NCBI RefSeq assembly: GCF_001194135.2
Contig: NC_068992.1
Span: 7,615,975 to 7,667,560 of the forward strand
Source: Octopus bimaculoides
Lineage: Eukaryota
Length of the DNA: 51,586 nucleotides
Reading direction: 5' to 3'
Shown here: one piece after another, positions 1 to 13,400 of the stretch
Numbering within the stretch: position 1 is the first letter of the stretch
Layout: every line of letters begins with the position of its first letter
The notes under the pieces: generated by a model
What the model was told of the DNA's origin: nothing
What the model saw: the letters and a program-made list of their open reading frames with translations, nothing else
The model's database searches: none
Made by a program: the position numbers and the translations under genes

Positions 1-382
1 ATATATATATATATATATATAATGTAAATAAATTGGAAATATTTTCCAGAAAACTTGTACAAAACAATATTTCATGCCATGATAGGATATTGCTATTATT
101 CTATTTTATTTACTGATCAATTGTTTACTGGATAAATATATACAAATATATAAGCCTTCGACAAAAGTGGCACCTATGATAATATTAATAATAATAATAA
201 TGATTTGGGCAGCAATTTAGAGGAAGGATGCTGTATGCAGTTTAATCTGTTCCTGTCCTCATCTGATTCTTGTTTTATTGATCCAAGAAAAGTGAAAGAC
301 TAAGTCGTCTCTGTTATGAGATGAGTGTAAAAGGAGATCATGAAATACTGTAAAGTAGTTTCCTCCTTGGCTCTACTGATGT

Positions 383-392
383 TGCTGTTTAC

Positions 393-427
<35 letters not shown>

Positions 428-470
428 AAATATAATAATAATAGTAATAATAATAATTTGTAACAGAGTT
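383..470. repeat. (AAT)n microsatellite region
   Basis: Directly visible; further AAT runs at ~600-770. Confidence 0.95.
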
Positions 471-825
471 ACAAGGCTTAACCATTTGTTGGTTGAGTGA
501 GGTTGACACTGGATGTATGAAAAGCAAAAGTGGGCCTTTGTTATATGTGAACTCAGAACCATGTAGCAGAGATAACTAAATATTCTGCCACTCACTGCCT
601 TAATAATAATTATAATAATAATAATAATAATAATAATGATTTCTTAAATATTATTGATAATAATAATACCATTTTTTGTTTTTATTACTTCAACAACAAT
701 AATAGCAATATTAACAACAACAATAACAACGATGATAATTAATAATAATAATTATAATAATAATAATATGAAATGTTTAAAATTCAAATAATTTTTTTGT
801 TTTTTCTTTGACATTGACTGGCAAA

Positions 826-891
826 TTAACTGGTAGTTCTGCCTGCAAACTTCATAACTCTGTTTGTCATGATCACAGCCTTTGCAGCAGC
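826..891 (-). CDS. CAMK4: CaMKIV exon 12, terminal (AAAKAVIMTNRVMKFAGRTTS*)
   Basis: TTTTGCAG acceptor; continues RRKLK|AAAKAV calmodulin-binding helix; TAA stop. Confidence 0.88.
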   Translation of the reverse strand, partial: AAAKAVIMTNRVMKFAGRTTS

Positions 892-3667
892 CTGCAAAAA
901 CATTAAACATATCGTGATGATGATAGTGATGGTGGTTGTGATGATGGTGGTGGTGGTGGTGGTGGTGGTGGTGGTGGTGGTGGTGGTGGTGTGGTGGTGG
1001 TATTGATAGTGGTGGTAACAATGATGAGGACAATCATCATCATCATCATTTTGTTTGTTGGACAAACCTTGAAGTCTCTTTTCTAGGCTCTTGTCAAACA
1101 TGTTAACAACCTGGGGCCTTGTAGGGAATATAAGTGAGTGTTTGTGTATGTGTGTGTGCATGCAATGAAAGAAGTGTGTGGGCCTTACAGAATGTGCTGA
1201 ATGTACGTTAGGAGTCATGTGGCATGAATATGAAATGGAGGAAGAATGGTCTAGACTGTAACCAGTAGTTATTGTTTGTGTTGTTGTACAGCCCCAAGTT
1301 AGCCCCATTCCTAGGGCATGCAGACAGTATGCCAAATATCAAGGCATGATCTACAAAGCTATCTTTCCCAGTCAAGCCACGTCTCCTCCCAACTGAAAAC
1401 ACTAAGTCATACATTCTGAACAAGCAGTGATGAATGTCAAGAGATGCAGAGTGTTGGTATAACCAATTCCAGCAAGGTTTGAATGTTAGAGCAAATCTTG
1501 CTAGCAAAAGCTGGATTTGCTCTAACATTTATAGAAGCGGATCTTCTTGCAGCCTGGGGATTACAATACGATCATATCTGTCCAGAAAAGTTAACTTGGC
1601 CAACAACGCAGCACTGGAAATTAAAGGCAAATTCAGTAGCAAACTACAACTGGGAAATAATGCATATAATGCTAATTTCCTTGTGGCTGACCACAATGTA
1701 GTTCCAGTCATCATCGGAATCGATATCTTCAGTTAACACTCAGCAGTTACAATTGACTTTAAGAGCACGTGCAAGCCTGTGTCGTTCTGCATGTACATGT
1801 CAAGCCTCAAATGCACCATGTACAAACTACGTTCAGGCATTGAGACCGCTAAGCTCAAACCAATTACAACTTTAATTAGCTGTCCGAGAGGCGCAGAGTT
1901 TATTAAGTATGAAATAGGTTACTTTCAGAGGATATTATTCAGGAAAGCTGTAGTCCCTTGTGAGCTCAATGCTTCATGACATGTGATGGAAGGAAGAACA
2001 GACTGACCAACTACTTGAACGCAATAAATATGTACACACAACTGGATGCCTATCCTAGTGCCTCAAATCGATGATCTTCTAAATGAAATAGCAGCAAACA
2101 AGATTTTCAGCAACATAGGTATGACAGCTGCATATCATCAGGTGGAACTCCTACCAAAAGATTATAAGCTGACAGCATTTGATGCAGGTAGGGAGACTGT
2201 ATGAGTTTAAATGGCTCCCCTTTGGTTGTACCAACGTTGCTGCAATTTTCCAGTGTGTCATGGATGAATTCATAAAAAGAAACAATCTTCAAAAAACCTT
2301 TGCCTATCTAGATGACATCATCATGGCTGGCAAAGATCGACATGAACATGATGATAACCTCAGGAGATTTATCCAGGCAGCCGAAACGTCTGGCATGACC
2401 ATCAACATGGGCACTATCACATCTGACTTTACTTGTTAGTATAGTTACTACCCTGATCTCTTCTTGAGATTTTACAACTAGCTATTTTGCTTGTTGCAAA
2501 TCAGTGACCGATGGTTGCTTCATTTACAATATATTGCTGGCTGGAGCGCATCTTCGTTATCACTCTGGGGGCCGAGTGCATATGACTGAGGAAAGCCAAG
2601 TAGAATGAAAATATGGTGAAGTGTCAAACGACATTGATAGATGGATGCTGTCTTTCCCTAATATAAAACAACACGTCTTAATTGTTGGACAGCCATGATT
2701 AACGGATTAATCGGTAAGCAGAACAAAGTTGGAATAAATGCCTTCTTTTGAATTGATTTACAATAACTACATACTTCGTGACATTTGGGTTGATGCTCGC
2801 TGTGAAACAGTAATTTATAATTTCATGATAGAACCTCTTTGTGATCATTTGACTTGATAGAAATAATAGCCAAATTTTCCCCTCAAATCATAACCTACTG
2901 TTGAAGAAAAGAAGGGCACTGAATAAAATGGTTCTGGGTGCACTATGCCTGAGAAAAAGAAAAGAGGATCACTTCTGGAATGGCTTTCATCCTAAGTCTG
3001 CTCTATCAGCAGTCCTTATCCTGGGACTGAGCAACACAGGAAGTAACAGTGATGTTTCTTCTATGTAGACTATATAATTGGGTAACCCACAGACAAAACC
3101 CAGATTGATATTTGAATCAATCCATTTAAATGAATCATTCAAGATTCCAAAATGGAAGAAATGGAAGAATTGCTATAAAGAGAGAATTTACCTTTAACTT
3201 TCTTCGTCCATTAAAAGATATCAATCTTTGCTTAGTTTTCACCATGTTCTCATCCTTGGCTGCTTCTCCTGTTACCCAGGGATGCTGCAAGGCTTCTGTT
3301 GGGTTAGGACGCTTGTTAGCATCACGGATCAATATTTTAGAAATCAAATCCTATAAAAAACAGAAAAAGACAAAAGATTAAAAAAATAAAAGATTTCAAC
3401 ATTTAAAAGAAATAATCAAGGCATTGCATCTGATTCAGTTGACAATTTTTTTTAAAAACTGTTTTATTGTGGAAATCAGAAATATCCACTCAAAATTTCA
3501 TCACTCTTAATTGCAGAAAGCAGTTTTATATTCTAATCTACCTTTTGTTGAGGAATGTCATCTTTGGAATTATTTTCTGCTGAGATGATTGTATGTCAAG
3601 TTTTTTGAGGTAACATGACCTGCAGAAAATGCCAATTCTATTTTTTTGGTAGACTTCCTCCTCCACC

Positions 3668-3698
<31 letters not shown>

Positions 3699-6600
3699 CT
3701 TCTTCTTCTTCTTCTTCTTCTTCTTCTTCTTCTTCTTCTTCTTCTTCTTCTTCTTCTTCTTCTTCTTCTTCTTCTTCTTCNNNNNNNNNNNNNNNNNNNN
3801 NNNNNNNNNNNNNNNNNNNNNNNNNNNNNNNNNNNNNNNNNNNNNNNNNNNNNNNNNNNNNNNNNNNNNNNNNNNNNNNNNNNNNNNNNNNNNNNNNNNN
3901 NNNNNNNNNNNNNNNNNNNNNNNNNNNNNNNNNNNNNNNNNNNNNNNNNNNNNGTGCCAGTGCCATGTTAAAAGCACCCAGCACACACTGTAAGGTGGTC
4001 GGTGTTAGGAAGGTCAACCAGCTGTAGAAACCAAATCAGGCTGGAACCTGGTGCAGATCTCTCGCTTGCCAGCTCTGGTCAAACCGTCCAACCCATGCCA
4101 GCATGGAAAATGGATGTTAAACAACAATGATGATATGTACACGCACAAAAAACTTACTTTACTGTTGCTACTAATATCATCCCACCAGGGAGATTCAAAT
4201 TTCCAGTCAATTCGAATGATTCTCTTGTATATTTTGTGATCATTTGATGCAAAAAATGGCTCATAACCAACGAGTCTGCAACAAAAAGAGATGCAAACAT
4301 CTGTCAGAAAATCAGGGTTATTAAAGTGAAAAGAAACTTTAGTAAGGTTTGTTACCCACAGTAAAAATGATTAGTCATGTTGTTATTAGAAAATGTTGTT
4401 TCTAGCATGTCTGAGATGACATTTGATTACCCCACTACTTATTTCTTTTCTCAATTTACTCACATTCCTATGTTTTTCATACAAAAGATATGCATTTCAC
4501 CTGAAAGCGGGGAGCTGATAGGTGGCCAGGGTGGGGGAAGAGCCATTCAGTATTTCTTTCAGAAAAATTAAACTTTCAAAAGCAAATTATTTTCCCTACA
4601 TTCATCATCTCTGCATTTTTTCATGTGGATAGAAAACAAAATTTGAAAAGCAGTAAAAGAGGACTTAGGTAGTGAAATGTCTGAGAACCTATATATTTAT
4701 AGAAATATATTTTTAATAAGCAACCTGCCTGATGATTGTTTCAGTTAATTGTCACTATAATCAAGACTTTGGACAAAGTTTTAATGAAATATCTGTAACT
4801 TTATATACTGATATATAAATGTTTGTTCAAGGATTTTATTTTAATCCTTTAGTGTTTAAACTGGCCATATCTGGCCCAAGTATTCTTACCTGTTTCATGT
4901 TCAAAGTGGCAGATCTGGCCTCTTACACCTACCCTACAATGTCATTTTTAAAATAATCAATCACATCATCAAAGTCTCAAAGCTACAAAATAATGTATGA
5001 TTTAATTTGTCACCTACTTAACACCACCATCTGGTCCTGGGCTACCTTTTACAGAAACCCTTAAATATTAGACTTGGTTTGTTAACTTGCTTATTACCAT
5101 CACTTTGACTTAGATACCTTTTACAGAAACGCTTGAATATTAAACCTCATTTGTTAGCTTGTTTAGCCCTGCGCATGGTCCTTTCATGTTTTTAGCAAAG
5201 TTCCATTAGCTTTTAGACTCTATGAACATGTTTAACATCATTACCTGGTCCTTTAGTAGAGACCCCTTAGATGACACACTTCATTTGTCAGCCTGTTTAG
5301 CTCCAGTACCTGATCCTTATATGTCTTTAGCATAATCCAGTTTGTTGCAAGCATTTGATCCATGTGTCTGGCTGAGAGTAACTTACCCTCATCAGTTCCC
5401 CCTCTGCCCCTCTGACAATCAAAAATAAAACAAAAGAAAAAGAGAAGCAAACTATGAATGTTGTTATACTCACAAAATAAACAAGATAACACCAGCACTC
5501 CATATGTCTGCAGGAAAACTGTACATGGAACCTTGGAGGACTTCAGGAGCTAAGAAATATTACAAAAACAAGCTTAGTATTGTTTTAATATTTTTCCTTG
5601 AAATGGAAAAAAATAGTTGTTTTTAGAAGAATATTTCACAAAGTGGGCATTTGAGATTAATTAAAAGAACTTAAAATGAAAATATATATGAAAACAAAAT
5701 ACTTAATTTTTTTTACAATTTTACTTTTTTTTTTTGTTATTTTGAATGTTGTGCCCCCAGACACATTATCAGGAAGGATGTCTTGAGTGATGCTCTGTTG
5801 GTGTTGTTTACACACACACACACACACATATATATATATCACCCAGGATAAAAGACCTTGAAGCCTCCAAAGCAGACCTGCTGGGCATCATCCTCAAACT
5901 GCATTCAAGGATGGAGTAGTCAATGCCGACCAGTCTGTATTTTAATTATACATGTAAGTAATTGTTGCTCTGTTTCATGTGTGGGTTAAGAATAATGGTG
6001 ATGACGGTTATGATGATGACAGTGACAATGCTGATGACAAGGCTGACAATGACAATTCTTAAGAATTACAAAACTATTTACAAACCACAGTAGCTGGGTG
6101 TACCACACATTGACATACTCAAAGTGCTAGTCGTCATGATCTTTGATAAACCAAAATCAGCTGAAAATGGAAAATACAATAATAAATAAATTTGCTTCGA
6201 TATATTTTTGTAATGGAGTGATCGAGTTAACTTGCACTCATTTTCTTACAAACCTGACCAAGTTATTTATTTTTCAGCAGTAGAAGCGAAGGAACCTAAT
6301 CCGAATGTTCAAAGAAGTCTAAACAGGATTTTTTTGTCTGAACAACACATCTGAACAAGCAACATGTTTTGAAATAGTTGGAATTTTAACTCTTTAGCAT
6401 CTAGACTCCACTGTCAAATGTAATGCTTATTTATTCACATTGTTTTGCAATTAATGATGAGATTTCGATGATGTATTTGTTAAGTTTTTTTAGAATGACA
6501 TTGTAGGGTAGGTGTGAGAGACTGGATTTAGCCAGTTTGAACATGAAATAGAAATATTTGGGCCAGATGTGGCTTGTTTGAATGCTAACAGATTAACAAA

Positions 6601-7340
6601 TGCAGCAGTAAGACAACTTACCAATTTTAAGGACAGAATCTTCATCTTTTGTGCAGTAAAGTAAGTTTTCAGGCTGAAAATAGAGAAGACTTTCCATAAC
6701 TTTGAAATCCAGATGTTGTTTCCATGGCACCATTGTCATAGTCATTATCATCGTTGTTGTCATTGTTTTATGCCCATTTTTTTCACAACACATAATTTCT
6801 AGTCTGATCCCACACTGTGGATGTTGTACAAGACTACCAAGTCACTGGTTGTGAGTTCAAATCCATTGCACACATTTCATTGTTTTCATTTTATTTTTAT
6901 TTACAAAAATACAAAAAAAAAAAATTTCAAAAAATAGTTGAACAAGAGAGTGTTTTCTACCATCTTCTCATCCTCCTCATCATCATTGCTTAACCTTCAA
7001 TTTCCATGCTGGCATGGGTTGGATGGTTTGACTGAAGATTGGTGCAAGCCAGGAGACTGTATCAAGCTCCAAGTGAAATATGGTAGACAGGAAGTGGATA
7101 GAAGACCATTGGTAATGCCATTCTAGGTGCTGTGTGGTTAATTTAGTCCGTTACCTGGCATTGCACTACCATGTGGTCTTTGAGTGCCTTTCCTAGACTA
7201 TTCTCTGTTGCAATGATTCAAGCCAAGCCTATGCTCTAAGGATACCATTCCTACCATCCTCCTAACAACTTCAGATGCAGTGAAAAGAGTCTTAGGTCAT
7301 GCTTTTCTGTGGCTAAACTTCTTTTATCTATCTATCTATC

Positions 7341-7402
<62 letters not shown>

Positions 7403-10400
7403 AACAAAATGAAGTGAAATAGGGCAAAATGTCTGCTAATGGATATGAACTTACAAATTGGTAGTCCAATACATCATCTGCTCTGCCATTTTACTCTTCA
7501 AACTGGAGAACAAGCTAATCACTGCATTTTGTCAGGAAAAATATATCTCGTTGGTTGATAAATGGTGTGTATACATCTAGATCCACTGATTGTTGAACTG
7601 ATCTATATACCTAGATCAGTTCCAAAATGCCTCAAACATATTTGGACTGATAATAACATTGCAAATTTACTTATCACTGCTTAGCGTTCCTCCTCTGCAA
7701 TTTACTTATGGTGAGCCACTGTATAGAGCTACCAGTCACTGTATGGTGACTGGAAAAGCATTATAGAGTCAATCTCTCCACTCAGCCCATAGTGCTGCCT
7801 GTCTGGTGTCTGTGATTGAAGAGGAGATAACTACTCTGAAATGCTAGCATCTCACAGTCTGAGTAAGTAGTGCTGTAAGTTGATCTAGGTGTATACACAC
7901 CATTTGTCTATAAACGGGATATATTTTCCATGACAAAATGTAGTGAATAGCTTGTTCTCCAGTTTGATCATGCCTCAAGCATATTCGGACTGATAAGAAC
8001 ATTACAACTACAATACAACTCTTTAGCATTTGGATTAGTCTGTCAAATGTAATGCATATTTATCATTTGAATTAATCATGTTATCACATACCTTCAATAT
8101 TTCAATGATATGTTCATTTATTTTTGTAGGGTAAGTGTGAGACCTGGTCAGTTTGAACATTAAATATTTGGGCTGGTATGAATGCTAAAGGGACAAAGAT
8201 GTGTCCCATTGAGACATTCCACAATATAAAGACAATGTCCTGCAATATAAGATATAATGCTGATGGTTGTGATGATGATGATGATGATGATGATGGTGTA
8301 AATTGTGAGGATAATGGTGACAAAAAATATTTCTCCTATAGGCACATGGTCTGAAACTCTGTAGGGAAGAGCTAGTTAATGATAATAATAATGTAACAAT
8401 GATGAGTATAATTTTTATACGATGATGATGATGAGGAAGACTACAACTTAGAAATAATAAATCAGTAACAACCCCACCGAAAAAAGAAAATATATATACA
8501 TATCTATTACATATGTGGAAAATCGGTGTGTGTTTGTTTGTGGTATTGTTAGCTAACTCCTTGTACATTTTTTTTTTGATTTTGATGAAACTTGACACAG
8601 GAGTAGAACTCATGTCTGGAAACCTTGTGACATACTTAGATTGTTGAAAAAAAATCGATAATAGGGCCCTTCTAATGGATCCTTCTATCTACTACATATT
8701 ACTAATATTTTATTTAAGTAAACAAGGGAAATAACCCATACCGCCTGCAGATTTTAGCGAAGAGATCAGTATTTGATTCTCCTGATCAGTTGACCTAATT
8801 CTGCATTTCACTACTCACAGTTTTGAACTGCTAAACATTATTATTGCACTTCCTTAATTTGAATCTTAAACATTAAAGACTTCATTCATACATTTCTATA
8901 CATACATACTTTTTTGAATGCCCGCTACTCCGATAATTCTGCACTTTTACAGTTACACTTTTTCTATGACATTAGATAAATTTTTTATTCCACATCATAT
9001 TTGTAGTGGCTTCATGCAGGCATAGCATGGATTTGATCCTTGATTGCCAAATTTCACTTAACACTTTTCTTACGGTAAAACAATAGCACTTTTCTCACGG
9101 TAAAACAATAGTTTTTCTGTGAATGACACCAGTTATACATTTCCCAGATGCCTTTGCTAAGCAGAATAATGTCTTTGCCTCTCACCAACCTCTGACAATC
9201 TCTCACTCCCCCAGATGACAGTTTTTTGTGCTTTTTTGTGATGAAAAATACCTTTTGTGGCAGTTATAGCGAAATTGCTTTCTTATATCAGAGTAATAAG
9301 GCGTTTCAAAAGAACATCTTTACCCCCCGGGAATTACCGGGTACACCAGCTAGTGTATATATATAAATAATAAAAGTCTTATCCAATCCATGTAGGTAGA
9401 AAAACCAAAGAAATAAATCAAGGAAATTCATAGACACAAACCTTTAAGTCTCTGTGAATGATACTGTTTTGGTGGAGATACTGGAACCACAAAGAGACAA
9501 AATATGGTAAATATTTAGCTTTCTCAAAGAACCAGAGGAATTATAACATAAAAGAATAATGTAACAAAATCAAGTGTCATGCTTTAAGCAACCTTAACTT
9601 ATGAACAAAATAAAGGGTATAGTTGAAATATTTCACATAATGAAGCAATGAGATGAAGATCTATAAATTTATAGGTTGAAATAGAATTAAGAGCACCATA
9701 AAAATTTATAAACTTTGAGAGAACATGAAACAATTTCTTTTTGAAATGGTGGATCTTGAACCAGAATGCCATAAATAATAGCATGCAAATATTGGGTTAA
9801 AAACCCCTTTAACTGAATATTCATGCATTGTTATTTAGTCTTATCTGCTTTGAGATCTACCATTCCAAAAAGGAATTATTTCACGTACTCTCTGAAGGAT
9901 TGCTTTGGCCCAATGGTAGAACGCCTGACATATTTACTGAAGATGTGGGTTCATGCCCCACAAACAGCCTTCAACTTTTTCTATCCAAAGGTTTTCTCAC
10001 TCAATATTTGCAAGCTGTTATTTATAGCTTTATCATTTGCTGTGAGATCCACTGTTCCAAAACAGAAATAAAAACATTTATAACAGCAAGAAGAAGAAGA
10101 AAACAGGAGTACATAAAGTATGGCCCTACCTCAATGCCTGTGAGTATTTGTCGAAACACATTTGCAGCATCTTTTTCTGAGTAGGAACCTCTTTCAACAA
10201 TTCTGTAAGTGAACATTAAAGAGATAAGTAGTTTAGTATTTAAGAGGAAGACAGCATAGTACTGTATATAGTTATGTTCTGAGTTCAAATCCTGTGAAAG
10301 TCAACTTTACTTTTCATCCATTAGAAGTCAACGAAATAAGTACCAGTCATATATCGAGGTTCATGGCACGTAAATAGCACCATTTGAGTGTGATCGTTAC

Positions 10401-13400
10401 CAGTGTCGCCTTCCTGGCATGTGAAAAGACATTCAAGCGAGATCGTTGCCAGTGCCGCTGGAATGTGGAATGAGCATATATGAATGATCTTAATAGAACT
10501 CTCAGTCCAACAACACACAGTTCCAGCTAATATGGACTTGCCTCTCCAAACGATGAATTGCAAGTGCACCAAGATGTTCCAATTAATTCATATTCCTGTT
10601 TCACCTCATATCCCTTCAATGTGGTACCCAACAACATGGTGATCATGTCATTCTCATAGATTGATACATTCTTCCTGCAGCCCAGTTGAGCAAGATGCCA
10701 TGCAACATTTCTAGCTTTTGTAGTCATGGCTTCAAATTTCATTGAAGATGACTTTGTCTTTCATCCTTTCAGGGTTGATAAACTCAGTACCAGTTGAGAA
10801 CTGGGGTCAATATAATCAACTTATCCCTTCTCCCCAAATTGCTGGTTTTGTGCCAGAATTTGAAACCAGTATGTGTGAATACAGACCCTGCACTAAAGTG
10901 AGATAAATGAGAGGAAAGATATTAAATGACCCTTTTAATGATTCCCCGAAACCAACAAAGTATATATATTCATAATAGTTTCAAACAATTATGAATTCAT
11001 TGTTAAGGTTAGCATACTCACTGATGGAGCTTAAACTAGGCATGTATTGCTCACTATATATCTATCACTTTGCACTAAAATATCAAATATCAATTTTAAA
11101 TAATCTTACCTGTCGAAAAGCTCACCACCAATAGCATATTCAAGAACCAAATGCAAACTAGTTGTAGTCTCAAATACTTCTTTCATTCGAACCTATAGCA
11201 AATACAATAGTTTTCTCAGAATATAAGATAAAGTTTTTTCAAATGAAGGTAACTAAAACCTTACAACACAGTTTTTTTTTTTAAAGGCATATTAGTTATA
11301 ATATTCTGATACAGAGAATTATGCATTCTAGTGTTGTTCGTTTCATTTTCTATAAATTAATCAAAATAGGAGCAGTTGGTGTCCAAAATTTTTATTAGTC
11401 TTCCTCTTACATAAAGCACTGAGACTGGTTTAATGAAAGCTCAACTTGATCATTTGGAAGTTAATATTTAAAGGAAGGATAATGAAGAAATACATAAATA
11501 AATATGAACAGAGAGGAAATGCCAGAGGGTTGTAGTGTTAAGGAGTTATAAAAAATTCAGGATCAACCAGGCTTTAAGACTTAGTTTCAATGCCTGATGA
11601 AAATTTATCCTTATAACTATTATTATTGATTCTTAGTGGCATTTCATCCATCTTTATGTTCTGCGTTTTTGGCAAAAACACCCATAACCCTAACCCTAAA
11701 GCTAAAACCAGTACAAACGCATGAACGATGTCATAAATAACTATACCGCCGATAGTTGTTGTTGACAAACAACGGCAGTAATTTTATTCAAGGGAAAAGA
11801 TCCCATTACACCGCCAGAACGTGTTGTTGACAAACCACAGCAGTAATTGTTTTCACCTCAATAGACGTCAGTGACTGGTTGAAATTACCGAAATACGACA
11901 ACTTTTTACATGAAATAAACTTCGAATATACAAACTTTTCTTAACAAGGCTAAGAGAAAAAGATGTTTTATATGACACATTCTACCAGTGTCCCAAGTTT
12001 GAAGGTGTTTCGTTAGAAAACAAATGGTGTCCGCCAAATCAGAAAGATCCCATGTTTTACATGTAACAACAACGAAGATTGCCTGACAGACACGAAACAG
12101 CTTGTGAAGATGACCGGCACAGATAACCATCTCAGCCAAGTAACTGCACGGAAGACGGTTGTGTATCGCTGTGGATCAACTAAACCCTAATGCCTAGAAC
12201 CAGCGACACACACTGAGTTGAAATGAGTTTTGAAAGAAATATGCGATGAATAACATGAGCAAGACAAGGCAGTTCAGGTATATAGAGGTCCTCTTCAAAA
12301 GTGAAGCCCGTGTACTGAAGCACTCCATAGTCATCATACGCAATGGGAGCTCTTCCCCTCCCCAATTTGTTCAGAGAGAAAAGCCTGTTGCGTTAAGATA
12401 GAGAGAATTCTAACTAATTTGGACATCTGGTGATTGTTAATTTGTTTCACATTCAGTGGAAGTGATACGCTCTCAAAGTGAAACATGTAGGGAGGGAGTT
12501 TGGGTTTAGGAAGAGAAGGAGGAGGAAAAGAAAACGAAGCTCAGCCGTCATAGCAACAAGTACGAAGCCAAGAAGTCTCCGAGAAAACTCACTAAAAGTA
12601 AGTGGAGATACTCTATATCTGTAGACATGTTTACACTGTTGATTATGTGAATACTAATTACTTTTCACAGAAACATTCTCGCTAAGGTTTAAATTTAATT
12701 AACCTAATTAGATTTTTAATATTTTGATACAGACCTACACGTTTAAATTACGAAAATTTCAAGTGATTCACTGAATGAATAATTTTTTGATTAGAAATGT
12801 TTCAATTCAAATTAATTGTAATATTGAATTGTCACAAAAACAAAAAAAAAATGGCTTCCATATAAAGCGAAGCTCGATGTTAATGCCAGTTTATAACTGC
12901 TAGTGAGCCATTATTTCAACAGCTGTCACCACCCAGGAATTCACTAACACTTGAAAATGGTAAAGTTTTGAAAAGGTAATTGAACAAAATCAACAACAAT
13001 CAGAAAAACGGAGATATTTTAATGTAATTTTCTACATGTACCTTTCAGATGGTGTAGATTTCATTTATATCGGAAGTTGTGAAAAAAAATTTATTGGAGG
13101 AAGAGGAGATGCAATTTTTAGATAATTCCGCTGGTTTAGGATTAGAAATAAGTTATAAATCATCTGAACTGTTTCAATATGTTATGGCTTTTGGTATGTT
13201 CTCAGTTGCTTCGTTTCCATGAGGTTTCGTATTGAAGTATATAACATTTAGAGAACATACCCGCGGCAAGCTTGCTGCCATATCTCAATAGTCATTAGAG
13301 GGGTTTCCCAGCGCCCCAAAATTTTCAACCTAAGGTGGCGTATTGTTTTTTTAATGTTTATTGTTTTGTAATTCGTTTTCAATTGTGTTCTCTGTTTTGT

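Noticed and set aside
1067-1118. AG...GT-bounded segment in the CaMKIV last intron
   Set aside because: In the required phase it stops after four codons, and the true terminal exon fits the CaM-binding motif directly.
300-1335. Poly-His, poly-Thr, poly-Tyr and poly-Ile ORFs in the ORF track
   Set aside because: Translations of (AAT)n and (GGT)n microsatellites; only 826-891 is a real exon.
3538-4017. Long poly-Glu/Lys/Leu/Phe ORFs; similar ORFs at 19137-19707, 24854-25402 and 34737-35308
   Set aside because: Artefacts of microsatellites and N gaps read through as X.
7860-7910. MVCIHLDQL as a candidate HRDLK exon
   Set aside because: No catalytic motif; the real exon is at 9442-9480.
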